DNA of 64,000 bases from Camelus dromedarius. Its lineage: Eukaryota. The stretch is from positions 36,334,001 through 36,398,000 of the forward strand of contig NC_087436.1 in the NCBI RefSeq assembly GCF_036321535.1, read 5' to 3'. A program made the position numbers and the translations under genes. Every line of letters starts with the position of its first letter. The first letter of the stretch is position 1. Shown in pieces: positions 23,956 through 35,765 of the stretch. The notes beneath the pieces are model-generated. The model was given only the letters and a program-made list of their open reading frames with translations, was not told where the DNA came from and searched no databases.

Positions 23956-24383
23956 CATTTGCAGCAACCTGGATGGATCTGGAGATGGTCATTCTAAGTG
24001 AAGTCAGTCAGTAAAAGAAAGAAAAATACCACATGATATCACTCACATGTGGAATCTTAAAAAAGAAAAAAAAAGAAGACATTAATGAACTTATCTACAA
24101 AACAGAAACAGACTCACAGACATGGTAAACAAACTTATGGTTACAGGGTGAGGGGGGAAGGAGGTGGAAAGGGATAAACCGGAAGTTGGAGATTTGCAAA
24201 TGTTAAATACTATATTTAAAATAGATAAAAACCAGATTTCTTCTGTATAGCACAAGGAACTATATTCAATATCTTGTAGTAACCTATAATGAAAAAGAAT
24301 ATGGAAATGAATATATGTATGTATATGTATGATTGAAGCATTATGCTGTTGTAACTGACTATACTTATAAAAAAAGGAAAAAA
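23956..24383 (+). mobile_element. LINE-1 3' end
   Basis: CCATTTGCAGCAACCTGGATGGATCTGGAGATGGTCATTCTAAGTGAAGT...; similar to the reverse complement of 15000-15420; A-rich tail. Confidence 0.88.
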
Positions 24384-24952
24384 TATTGGACTTCTACACA
24401 CGCATGCACACACACACACACCTCATAGAGCACTTCCTTAATTCTGAGTTTCTTGCAAATAAACTATGGCTTCACATGCGTGCAGAAATGGCTGGTCCTG
24501 CTTATATGTGAAATTATAGAAAATAATAGAAATAGAAAATATAGAATAATAGAAAATATTTTCCCTTTTGAGAATATTTTTCTCTTTTGAATCTTTTTTG
24601 AGAGGCATCTATTTGCCTAACAGATGTGTGGAATGTTCCAGCAGGAATGTAAAGAGAACAGTTTATAATATCTAATATGGGATCTAGATCGAAGACAATA
24701 ACAGAAGCCAGGCTTTATTAAAAGAAATAGAGCTTTCTAAGTTCATTTAGCGCTCAGATAATAGTTTCTCCTGTAGGCAGCGAGAACAGCTTCCTCTGTG
24801 CTATCTAGGTCACGAATCTTGCTGCCCTAGGGATTCAGAAGGATGTTTATCCACATGTTAAACAACACAGTGTCTTCTCTGTGCTGTATCATTTGAAATG
24901 TTAGGAATTTAGCAAATAAACACAAGAGGCAGTCTTGTTTAGAACATCCATA

Positions 24953-25146
24953 CAGTGGTGTGCCAATAAATGTTTAATAGTGAGCTCTCTGGAGAAAAAG
25001 GCTCTGCTTTGTAGTACTTGCTAACTGCACGCTGCAAGAACCCTCACCATGGTTGATTTCATGTTACTCACATGATATCACCAAATGCAGAGCTGGGAAG
25101 GGATGTACACAGTTGTCAACTCTCTTGAACTGGTTACAGTACACTA
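24953..25146. mobile_element. MER63-like hAT MITE
   Basis: Starts CAGTGGTGTGCCAATAAATGTTTAA; internal GCAGAGCTGGGAAGGGATG. Confidence 0.6.
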
Positions 25147-25168
25147 ATGACTACATATGAGATAAAAC

Positions 25169-25330
25169 TGTGTGTGTGTGTGTGTGTGTGTCTGTGTGTG
25201 TGAGAGAGAGAGGGAGAGAGGGAGGGAGAGAGGGAGAGGGGGTGGGGGGGAGAGAGAGAGAGAGAGAGAGAGAGACATAGACAGAGACAGAGACAGAGAC
25301 AGAGAAAGAGAGAGGAAGAAAGAGAAGAGG
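25169..25330. repeat. Compound microsatellite (TG)n-(GA)n-(GAGACA)n
   Basis: Directly visible simple repeats. Confidence 0.95.
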
Positions 25331-26325
25331 TAGGGGGGTCTGGGTGAAGTAGATGTGAGTTATTGATAATGTTTTAGTTTCTGGGTTGGGTGCCAGTATA
25401 ATGATGTTCATTATTTAATCATATTATTTAATCAATAAATGAGCAGCTAAAAATAAAAGAGGGACATGCAGGAAACCAGAGAAGATAATGTATTATGAAT
25501 CCCAAATTCTGATTAATCCAATTTTGTGTGCCTAAAGACCATAAAAGAAAAGTGAGATGTGACATAGAGAATGTCAAAAAGATCAAAACGTCACTCTTTC
25601 AGCTGGAGAATTGGTGGGGAGGAGAAGACACAGCAGCTGGGGGCAGAGATGGGCATGTGGCGGGTAGGCAGGTCTTTGCACCTCCTTTAAAAGCCTAACC
25701 TGGTGGATGCCCTAGAAACATTCAAGTAGGTGTGAGAAAGCTCAGGGACCTCCGGGCACAAGACTCACCTCAGCTGAACCAGAGAGACCCCCCCCCCATC
25801 ACTACTGGGCGATGGTATTTCAGGGAAGAGTGTGGGAAGGATGGAGACAGATGGGCTCAGCAGGGCTCACAGTGCCCCACAGATCACTCAGAATTTAGGG
25901 GACTATAGGCGTTTCCAAAATATCCTGATGGGAAACCACAGAGGTGCTGAAAATGCTGGTAGATAGGCTAAGCCCAGGGCCAAGCAGCTGCCCTAAGTCA
26001 CGATTTTGACTCAGAAGAATGGGGGTGGGAATCACAGTCTTCAGCGTGTGGGCCAGCACTCTAACCCTCAAAACCAGATGAGCCAGTTGCACGTTAGTGG
26101 CCACCAGTGCAGGAAGCACAAACCCTAGCTATTTCTCTCTGGAGACTAGTGAGGGCAGAGAGGGCAGTGCTGGGAACCACATGTCCTTCCTCCCAGTCTC
26201 CACCCTGCTGAGAGAGTACTAAGCCCCACCCTGTCCCCACCTGCAGAGATGCAGCCAGAGGGAGAGGAACCCGGAGACCCTGAGCACTTTAAAGGGCTGA
26301 AGAGAAAGGGATGTTGACTCTGTTA

Positions 26326-26450
26326 CCAGGCTTAGCTTTGTGGGCCCAGGGCTTGCATTAATACTCTACTGTTGCTGTCTTGAAATTCTTAATTTTTGAA
26401 CACGGGGGACTGCATTTTCATTTTGCCCTGAGCCCTACAAATTATGTGCC
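26326..26450. mobile_element. MER53-like hAT MITE
   Basis: CTGTTGCTGTCTTGAAATTCTTAATTTTTGAACA...CATTTTCATTTTGCCCTGAGCCCTACAAATTATGT. Confidence 0.65.
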
Positions 26451-27263
26451 CACTTCTTCTCATTACAATGTACTAAGATTACTTAGAGACCAAAGTAATG
26501 TTTAGGATTTTTCTTCTTATTATGTAGAGGGTCTGGTCATGAAGAAATTGAGATGATTTATGGAGTTACAAAGAAATATTTTCTCAGCTGAATCTGAGTG
26601 TAGTGGGAGCAATGTCACCTTGTCACAAGTACACAAAGGTGTTACTGCCCATGAACAACTCATCCCACTCTTGGATCTCAGGCTCTTCATCTGCCTTGGT
26701 TCCTGACCTCCATCCCTCTTCCAGAGCAGCACCGCACCTGTGTATTCACTCCCTGCAACTCTCTGTGACGTCCCAGAATTTACACTGATTCTCCAGCCAC
26801 CACCGTCTTACACACATGCCTCTCCCAATGCCCTGCAGGTATGCAACCCGCTCTTGCCCTGGGACTTCTAATCATTCAGCTTCAGTCATCAGTTCACTCT
26901 GACACCAGCCTGGCTTCCATGGTCAGCTGACCTCAACCCACACTAGACTGCCAGGTCTCAATACCCATAGTTGACTAGGAGACAAACCTGCCTTGTGCTT
27001 CTGACTCATTAAAAATAATTTTTTTTTTTTATTGGTTGCTGGAAGACTGGGAGCTTCTTGAGAAGAGAGGTCCTATTTTATCCATCTTTGTATTCCTAAC
27101 ACACAGCATTGTGGCCATTGCAGAGCAGAAGCTCAAAAATGGCTTGTGAAATCGAACTAAACGATCTTTTCTCAAGCCTTCAGTCCTAACCTCTTGCATT
27201 TACCATCATCAGGTAACCGCCCCCCGCCCCCCCTTCTAACTTTAGGGAGGAAATCAAAGATGG

Positions 27264-27922
27264 TGAAACCCAGCAGGACCCTTTGAGACCCTCTTGGTTA
27301 CATGAGCCCACCCCCACTGCAGTGTCCTTCATCTCTTGAAGCAAAAGGCTTTGCTTCAGGCCTCCTCTGAGTCTCAAAAGGCTGGCTCAAGAGTTAATAA
27401 TCAGGAAAATTCGAACATGCAGAAACAAAGAACAGCTGTTGGGCTGGTAAACTAGTAACAATTCAAACAGTAAATCAGCCATGTAGCAGAGTCATAGGAC
27501 TTTAGTTCCTCCCTGAAGGACACAGATAACAATGTCTGACACACATTCCTAAGTTGTTTTTATGGAAACCAGACTTCCACCCGATGGAAACTGCTGACGA
27601 CAACTACACAGACCCCAGACCGACTGGGACTAGAAGACTGATGATGCTGACGCCTGAAACATCATCCTGTTACCTCACCACCAACCAGGTAGAAGAATGT
27701 CTACGAGCTGATCAGGCACCCTGCAACCCTCACCCCTACTGTTGCCTTTAAAAATCCTTCATTGAAAGCCATCTGGGAGTTCAGGTCTTTTGAGCACTAG
27801 CTTCTTGTTCTTCTTGTTTGGTGCCTGCAAGAAACACTGTACTTTCCTTCACCACAACGCAGTGTCAGTAGATTGGCTTCGTTGCGTGTCAGGCAAGCAG
27901 ACCCAAGGTCGGTTAGGTAACA
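27264..27922 (+). mobile_element. Solo LTR, ERV1 class
   Basis: TGAAACCC...GGTAACA; 4-bp TSD atgg at 27260-27263 and 27923-27926; shares internal blocks with the LTR at 50422-51034. Confidence 0.85.
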
Positions 27923-29057
27923 ATGGGACAAGATACACACACCTCCACCCTCCTCCTCTCACACTCTAGGAGTGGGGCTTTCCCAGAACTCGCTCCTTGC
28001 CCTCTGTTCATTCCTTCTCACCAGCCCCTACCCATCAAGTCTCTTTCTCTACTTATCACAACATAATTGTAACAAGTCTCATCTCAGTGGAGTTTCCAAG
28101 ACCCTTCAAAATGTGTTCCTTATCCAACTTCATTTCTTGCCACTGTCTAGTCTGGTCAGGCCACTTTCCCACAAACCCTCAACACCCCCACAAGCCCTTG
28201 GCCCAGGATGCCTTTTTCCTCCTCCAACTCCACCTTCCACACCCCTTTCTTCACAGTTCCAGCACAATGCCAGTCCTGATGAAGAAGAATTTAGATGAAC
28301 TTTTTACATTACAGCAGGCATCTCTTTCCTAAATTTCACTACACCTTCTTAGTCCTAATTTTTTAAAGCATTTAGGGACAATTAAGTAAAAAAAAAAAAA
28401 AAAAAAGAAAAGAGAAAAGAAAAATTTCAGTATCCTCTTTTTTCTATGTCCTCTGAATCCTTCTCTCAATTCTTGCTCTCCACCACTCAAAGATACACAC
28501 ACACAGTAGCAGTTTCCTCAGATGAAAGCCCCCAGGAAGGAAGGGATTACTTAGGACTGAGGGGAGTCGGGACCCACAACTTCTCCTGCTTTCCCCAGCT
28601 CTGACTCAACTGCTGTTCTTACTTCTATACAACAAAATGGGGAAGAGAATAAGGGATGAGTCACTAGAAGCTAAAAGAAAGCAACTGAAGAACTGGAATT
28701 CTTAAGACATTCTGGAAGAGCGATTCTAGCAACCCCACAAACTTATACCACTGTTCATAGTGACGAGTAGGGAAGGAACTGTCAAATCTTTAGAGCTTGG
28801 AGAAAAGAATTTTACCAGCTTTGCTAGAAATAAAAATTGCTATGTGTGACATCAAAAAACAGAGTTAAGGCAATGGCTTCTCTTCTGAATTTCCATAAAT
28901 GTAGGGAACCAGGTTTCAGTTTGTAAAAAATACAAAAATTTCTGGCTAAGCCAGGGAGAGAAGAGTTGCATCTGACAGTTTATTAAGGGACCAATCTACT
29001 TATTCTGATGAGGCTGAAAAGAGGACATGGGCCAGTGATCTCTCTGCAAGGAGTATC

Positions 29058-29471
29058 TGTGACAGTTAATTTTATGTGTCCACTTGGCTAGGCCATAATA
29101 CCCAGAGATTTGGTCAAACATTATTCTAGATATTTCTATGAAAGTATTTTTTAGATGACGTTAACCTTTAAGTCAGCAGACTTTGAGTAAAGCAGATTAC
29201 CCTCCATGATGTGGGTGAGCCTCACATAAGCAATTGAAGACTTAGACAGAAGAAAACTAACCTCGCCTGAAGACGAGGGAATTCTGCCAGCATATCACCT
29301 TCAGACTTAAGCTGCAGCATCAGCTCTTCTCCATGACTGTAGTCTGGCCACCCACCCTGTAACTTTTGCACTTGCCAGCCTCTACCATTATTCCTTAAAA
29401 TAAATCTCTCTCACAGATACATAGACAGAACTCCTGTTGGTTCAGTTTCTCTGGAGAACCCTGACAATACA
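29058..29471 (+). mobile_element. MLT2-type (ERVL) solo LTR
   Basis: TGTGACAGTTAATTTTATGTGTCCACTTGGCTAGGCCA...TCTCTGGAGAACCCTGACAATACA; 5-bp TSD gtatc at 29053-29057 and 29472-29476. Confidence 0.92.
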
Positions 29472-31439
29472 GTATCCTACATAAGCTTGGAAACCTCCCT
29501 GAAGGGTGAATTCATAACATCTCAATGCTGACTCTTCTCTTATTCTACCTTCAGAGGGAAGGCCATTTGCCTACCTTTATCTCCCTTGAAGGAAAATTAT
29601 AGGCACTATCTATAGACAAGGAGAAAAAACAAATAAGGCCAAACATAAAGTTCATTTTGATAGATATTAATTTTGTGATTAAGTATTATACTTTGTGATA
29701 GATATTAAATATGTGATTTCTTTGAGCTAATTTTAATACTCAAAGAAATGAACAAAAGAAAAAGGAGGAGGAGGTAAGAAAGGAGGAAGGGGAGAGAAGA
29801 AGAAAGTGAACAAGAATGAGAAGAAGGAGAAAAAGAAAGAGAAATGAAATTATTCAAATGAACCATGGATCTTTTTTTAAAAACCTCTAAAACTAAACTC
29901 AGCATCCGTCCTGGATGAATCAATCGATTGGCCAAGCCCTTTTCTAGTAAGATGATATTTAGTTGTAAGAAAAGCAACCACAAAGGGTTTTTTTTTTTCC
30001 TTCTCTCTCTTTTTAAAACATTTTTAAAATTTGTGATTCGTACATTGTCTATTTCAAAGTCTCATTTAAACTGTCTTTAGTGAATCATCCCTGTGGCATA
30101 TTTTCTTAGTAATGGTAGTGAATCACTCTTTTAAAATGTTTTAAGTACTTAATGTTCCTTAGCAGTCAACACTTGATAAATTTGCTAAAAGTTACTATAT
30201 GTGAATGATACTAAATATCATTATAAGATCATCATTTTTCACAGAATTGAATAAGTATTTAAATGAGATATGGATGGATACTGTCTTATTTCTGACATTC
30301 CTGAAAATATATTAACTGTTGACAAGATCAGGAAGCAGACTAGCATAGTCCTAAACTCGAAGTCACCATCCCTAGATCCAGGAGTGCCTGGATCATCTTA
30401 AGCAAAGCTATTTTTTATCTCTGAATCTGTCATTACCTTATCTATAATATCTGAATGTTACTATGAGCATTATATGAGAGATTATTTTATGTGAGAGTGC
30501 TTGGTGCAGAGAGAGATCATTTATGCAGTGCAGTTTAGGAAAATGTGGAATTGATAAAGTTATACGTGGTAAAAATGCGTGGTAGGAATTGGTGAGAGAC
30601 TCAAGAGGACATGCAAGGGTCTTTCCCGGGAGCTCTGGGCTAAGACCAAGTAACTAAGTTGAAGAATAAAGTGACCCCTCTTGGCTAACAAGGAAGGCTC
30701 TAATTGGACCAGCATGGTTTCCCTGAATCCCAGGCCTGGGGAGAGGTGTGGGAAGTGTGGCCTTACAGTGTGGCTGAACAGAATGAGAAGTCACCACTGG
30801 ACAAGGCCATGTGGCCTGGGTGGGGAAGGTCCATATTCTCTATGATGGCAGGTGGCAACAGTGATGGCTTCAGGTGAGGGGGCTTCTGGCCTTCAGAACC
30901 AAACATCCAGAAAGTTTGCTTTTAGGGTAGTCCCAGACATTTCAGGAATGTTCCCTTGTAAAGGATAGTCCTTGAAATCAAGAAACCCACGTGTGGGTAA
31001 AATACACACTTCTCTGAATTGTTGGAAGGATAATGTACTTAAAGGACTTAGCACACAGCTTGGTACATAGCAGGTCTTCACTAGATGATAGCTATCATTA
31101 TGTTTACTGTCACCACTGTTATCATCACTAAATGGGAGAAGGAGGTAAAGGAAATTTAAGCCCGTGGCAAAGGAGGGCCCTCTGTGGATTACTCCTGACT
31201 CATTCTAGAAAGGATTAAAAACACTTGGTTTTCTCTGGGTGAGCAGAACATGGCAGGGAGCGGGAAACTAATCACTCCCAAATCAGTCTGTGTTCACAGC
31301 CAGAGAGCCCGGGGATGGCACGGTGCTCATGAAAATGAGCAGATGATTATGTTAGAGCATTTAATCCACATATGTTTATTCATTAATTTGTTTTAAGTAA
31401 AAACACCAGGAAGGGGAACTAAAATCCTCTTCAAATCCA

Positions 31440-31615
31440 ATCACCGAGCTTAGCACTTTACCTGCTTTGACTGACTTGATACTCATAACAATCTTTGTAT
31501 CCTTACTCCCATTTGACATACGAGAAGACGCAGGTGCAGAGAGCTTAAGCAACTTCCCAGCTGGTACTGAAACTGGGATTGAATTCCAGGGCAGTCATCC
31601 TCCAAATCCCCGAAT
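31440..31615 (-). mobile_element. MIR SINE (further MIR fragments near 30340-30510, 31000-31100, 41050-41170, 41820-42000, 43930-44100, 58350-58620, 61600-61740)
   Basis: MIR core motifs, e.g. CCCATTTGACATACGAGAAGACGCAGGTGCAGAGAG and CCTCAGTTTCCCTATCTACA. Confidence 0.6.
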
Positions 31616-33400
31616 TTCCCTCCACACCATCTCACAATGATTGCAGAGGCTCCTTTCTGTGCCCTCTCCTCCTTGACAGTGTTATTTCCTAAGCATTCCT
31701 GTCTAGAAGCAATTTTTATTCTACGTGGTGCTTTGCAGTAAAACTGTCCTCTTAGGAGCAGTGACCTGAATTTCTGAAGTGGTTTCCTCGTGGGTGTTGT
31801 TTACTGTCTGAGAGTAGCTTGTTGTTTCTGAGTGCTGGGGAACACAGTGATGGCACATCATTAAGCACCCTGCACTTTCTTTGGCCACAAACCACTTGTA
31901 CCACTAAACTAAAGAAGAAACAAAAGGAAATCAAGTATACACTAATGATACAAGTGTTAAATGCCCCAAATCAGAATTGCTTGGTTTAGCCACTGGTAGA
32001 TTCCCTTCTAAAACAAGTGCTCTCCCTTCGCTGTTTCCCTTACAGACATCACATCTCGTACACTCACTAACATTAAGCATATTTCCTCTGCTTTAAATTA
32101 GATTTTTTCCCTTCATTTAAAATAATGTATCTAACCTTAATATATTTAAATACATGCTGTGGTGCTGATAATTTCTCCAAGTCTGTGTGCTGTAAAAACA
32201 GAACTAAGCAGAAAAAAGTAGATTCTAGTTCAATTGGCAAGATTTTTATCATTTTCAAAAATGAAGAAAGTTAAATTTGGATCTTTATCTTATTGTTTTT
32301 CATTAATTCTTGTTTCAACCTTACATTGGAAAGAATGTGTCCTTTAAGCATTCTGTCACTTGAAATATATTCATCTTTAATTAGAAATATTTCCAGTTAG
32401 CTAAAATTAGGTCATATCAAATTTTCCAAAATATTACATTTAAAATTTTGGTTGACATCCCCCTAACATCTATGTACAAAATGAAGAATAATCTTTATCA
32501 TAAATTTCAGTAGTTTTTATTCAGAAATAAAAACTCCCACATTAACTATAGTTACCAGTGCTTCCTTTATATGTTTATAAAATAATTACTTCTTGAGAGA
32601 AAGAAATGTTCCAGGCAATCACCCACTCCATTCTGTAGTGGTTAGGAGTTTTAGTATTTCACAAGTAAAAACATCACTTTTTCTTATGGTTACAAAACCT
32701 GGATTTTTGAGCACGAAGGCTCAAAGCAGCAGAGTACTGCTGGTAAAAGGTGAGATGCTAGAAACCATTCTGTCGCCTTTCATTTCAGTGACTTCCTACC
32801 ACTTTTGTTCACTGATGTGTGTGCTTTAGGGGTCCGCCTTCATAACTTTCCACTTGCGTGGAATTCCAGCTGTTTAATCAAACTGAAACAAATTGTAGTC
32901 TTAAGATCCTCGTACCTTTGAAGATTTCCTTCCTGATATACTATCTTGTTAACCCATTGCATCATTCAGAAGAATAAATACCCCAGCTCAGCACACAGGA
33001 AATGTAACAACAACAAAAAAGGAAATAGAGAATATTAAGATATATACATGTATGTATCACACACACACATAAAATACATGGTCTACGTAACAGAAAAGTA
33101 AAAAATTTCTTGAACATATATAATGATATTTGCCAAGTGTATTTAAAAGGATAAACCCTGCTAATTAAATTTGGAATTTTTTTCTCCTCATTTTTCAGAG
33201 AAGGCAATAAATAATGAAACAATCTGACATTTGTGGTAGGGTTGTGTAGCAGAAAGAAAGATGTAGCAGTATTCCAAATTCACTTGTGGCAGACTTACAT
33301 GAGCAAAGAAAAGGTAGCCTCTTCATTTCTCTATGGCTGATTTCATCCTCTTTATGAGTTCCCTTCCTGCTGGATAGAGGAGACATTTAGACACATCAAC

Positions 33401-33463
33401 AAATTTAGACTGAAATAGTACTGTTAATGGACGATTTAAACAGTACTATTTCAGTCTAAATTT
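33401..33463. repeat. Perfect 25-bp inverted repeat with 13-nt spacer
   Basis: aaatttagactgaaatagtactgtt (33401-33425) is the exact reverse complement of aacagtactatttcagtctaaattt (33439-33463). Confidence 0.97.
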
Positions 33464-35329
33464 CAATCTATTCAAATATGATATAATACTATGAATCAGA
33501 GCTGGTTTCTTCTGGGTGATTCAGTCCTTCAGTAAATGCTCAGACTTTCAGAATTCTCCTCTCCCTTTTGGGTAGCAGCTGGGTGTGTGAAGGGTTTTGC
33601 ATTGCTCTCTGTGGCATCCCTGGCCACGTGCTGGCTGGTGTCCCCTGAGCTCTGGCTGCCTGGCTTCTGTCCCGGGCACGCTGCTGGTGGCTGCTCCTGA
33701 CATCAGAGGCTGGTGTGACTAGTCTTTGTTCTCGCAGCTTGGCCGGAGACCAAGGTTCCTCTCTGGTGACTTGTACCCTGAAGGTTGACTGCATCCTGGC
33801 TTCAGAGCCACCTCGCTCTTGCCTGGGGATTTCTGCCAAGTTGGACAGCCAACAGCATCCACTTCCTTCTGCAGCCCTCCTCCTGCCAGCAGGAGCACCT
33901 GAACTGTCTGCCTTGTCTGAGCGCCAAGTGCAGCCCAAGAGGGTCAGCTCAGACTCTGAGTAAGCACGTGGTAGCCCGACAAGCACTGCAGGCCGGTCCC
34001 TCCACCTTCACAATAGGGGTAGAGCTGCTCAGCTAGTGGACTGGGGCTTTGTCCAAGGAGAGGAAGCCAGGACTCAGTCCCTTACCAGTGGCCTCTCTTC
34101 TCCCCCCATCTCCATTCCTGGCTTCTTTCCACACTCCTCCACCAGCCTTCTAATCCTCCTCCCTGACACCAAAGCTCAAGATCAAGTCACCAGGTCAGGT
34201 TCTTCCTATGTTAACAGGACAAATAGGAGTTTAGAAAAATTGTTTTATTTTTCAATGAAATCAGGTTTTACTGTCTCCACCAAAAAAAAAAAAATCCTAT
34301 TTTGTTTTTCAGAAGGCAAACAGTGCATCATTTTCTTTGTGCTCCTGCCACAAAAAGTTCCAGTACACCCCCACCGCCCCTCTGCCTCCCCTTCTCTGCA
34401 GGTCCTAAACAGGAAAGCTCAGTAATACATTCTCAAAATCTGTTCTCTTTGCTCCATGTGCAAAAGGCAATAGAATTTCAAGGGTCTCTCGAGTTAATAA
34501 ATCAATAAAAGAGTCACATTTTGTTCTGAAAGTTAGCAAGCTTTGCTAACTTTGGAGAGATCTTTATTTATGGTCATGGACTCTAGCATTTACATGGCTG
34601 CAGTTAAGAGAATACTTTTGAAAATTTGACATCTGATGGCATTGTTGTTTTTCACCCGATTTTATAGGATTGTTTCCTCTTTCATTTCTTGTTTGAGCAC
34701 CCTAAAATAGCTTAATGACCCTCTCCATATTAACAAAATATGAGTTAGAGTCCTTATAATCAAAAAGGCTTCAAAATAACTTGACATCCCACACTATATT
34801 TGGGAGATGACCTCAGACTTTATCAGTGAAATAAGATTTTGAATTCATTCTTTTGAACTTAAGGCTTTAGGTAAGTACCTAAGACTGTACATAATTCCCT
34901 TGTTGAAAATAAAACTGTCAAAACAAAACTCATTTGATTATCTATAAACGCTTCAACTCAGGTATTTTTAAAAGAATTCCATGAAGTCCCTTAAATAATA
35001 TGTACTATTTTGTAGCTACATTTTTATGGGAGAAAAATCATGGCTGTCATCAAACAGCTCATCAAACTGGTAATTTTAATTCCCAAACAGGTTTAGAATA
35101 TCTTCTGTGCTTTATGCTTACCAATATTGAGTGGCCGATCAATTATTTGAGAGAAATTGAATATAAATGACAAATTGTATTTTGCAATGAAATAAGTAGG
35201 TTAAGAAGGGTTCTTTTATGAATAAGTTATTAATTTGTTAAAGGTAAATAACTGTGTAGTTATATAAATTTTCTTTACAAAAGATGTAAAATCAAATGAA
35301 CAGACCTCCATCTTCCCTAGCCCTTTCTT

Positions 35330-35765
35330 GATGATGGGACCAAGTGCAAACTTCTTAGCAAAATGCCATTTACAGTGTGACCTTGCCCAGCCTTTTCAAA
35401 TTTTCTTCTGTCATTTTACCCTTACTCTGTATTTTAGCCAAGCCCAATTACTCACTTACCTCTGAATCTCTCATGCATTTTCAAGCCTCTCTGTTCAAAA
35501 CCTCCTGTCTGGCAAACTCCTACCTACCCTTCAGTGTCTCCTCTGTCCCTTTACATAGTTAGTCACTGTCATAGCACTGTACACGTCTCTCTGCTGTAAC
35601 AGTTAACATACTGCATTGCAATTGTTATTTCCATGTCCTTACCCACTATTAACAGAGACTGTCTTGATGGCTGGGATAGTATCATATCCATTCCATATCC
35701 ACGCACTGAGCACAGTGCCTGGCAGAGAGGAGAGACTCAATAAACGGTGGCTGAATTAATAATTA
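35330..35765 (+). mobile_element. LINE-2 3' end
   Basis: GCACAGTGCCTGGCAGAGAGGAGAGACTCAATAAACGGTGGCTGAATTAAT, an L2 terminus. Confidence 0.65.

Noticed and set aside
33540..33986. 148-aa minus-strand ORF as a protein-coding gene
   Set aside because: Non-ATG start and no recognisable domain; length is plausible by chance in GC-rich DNA.
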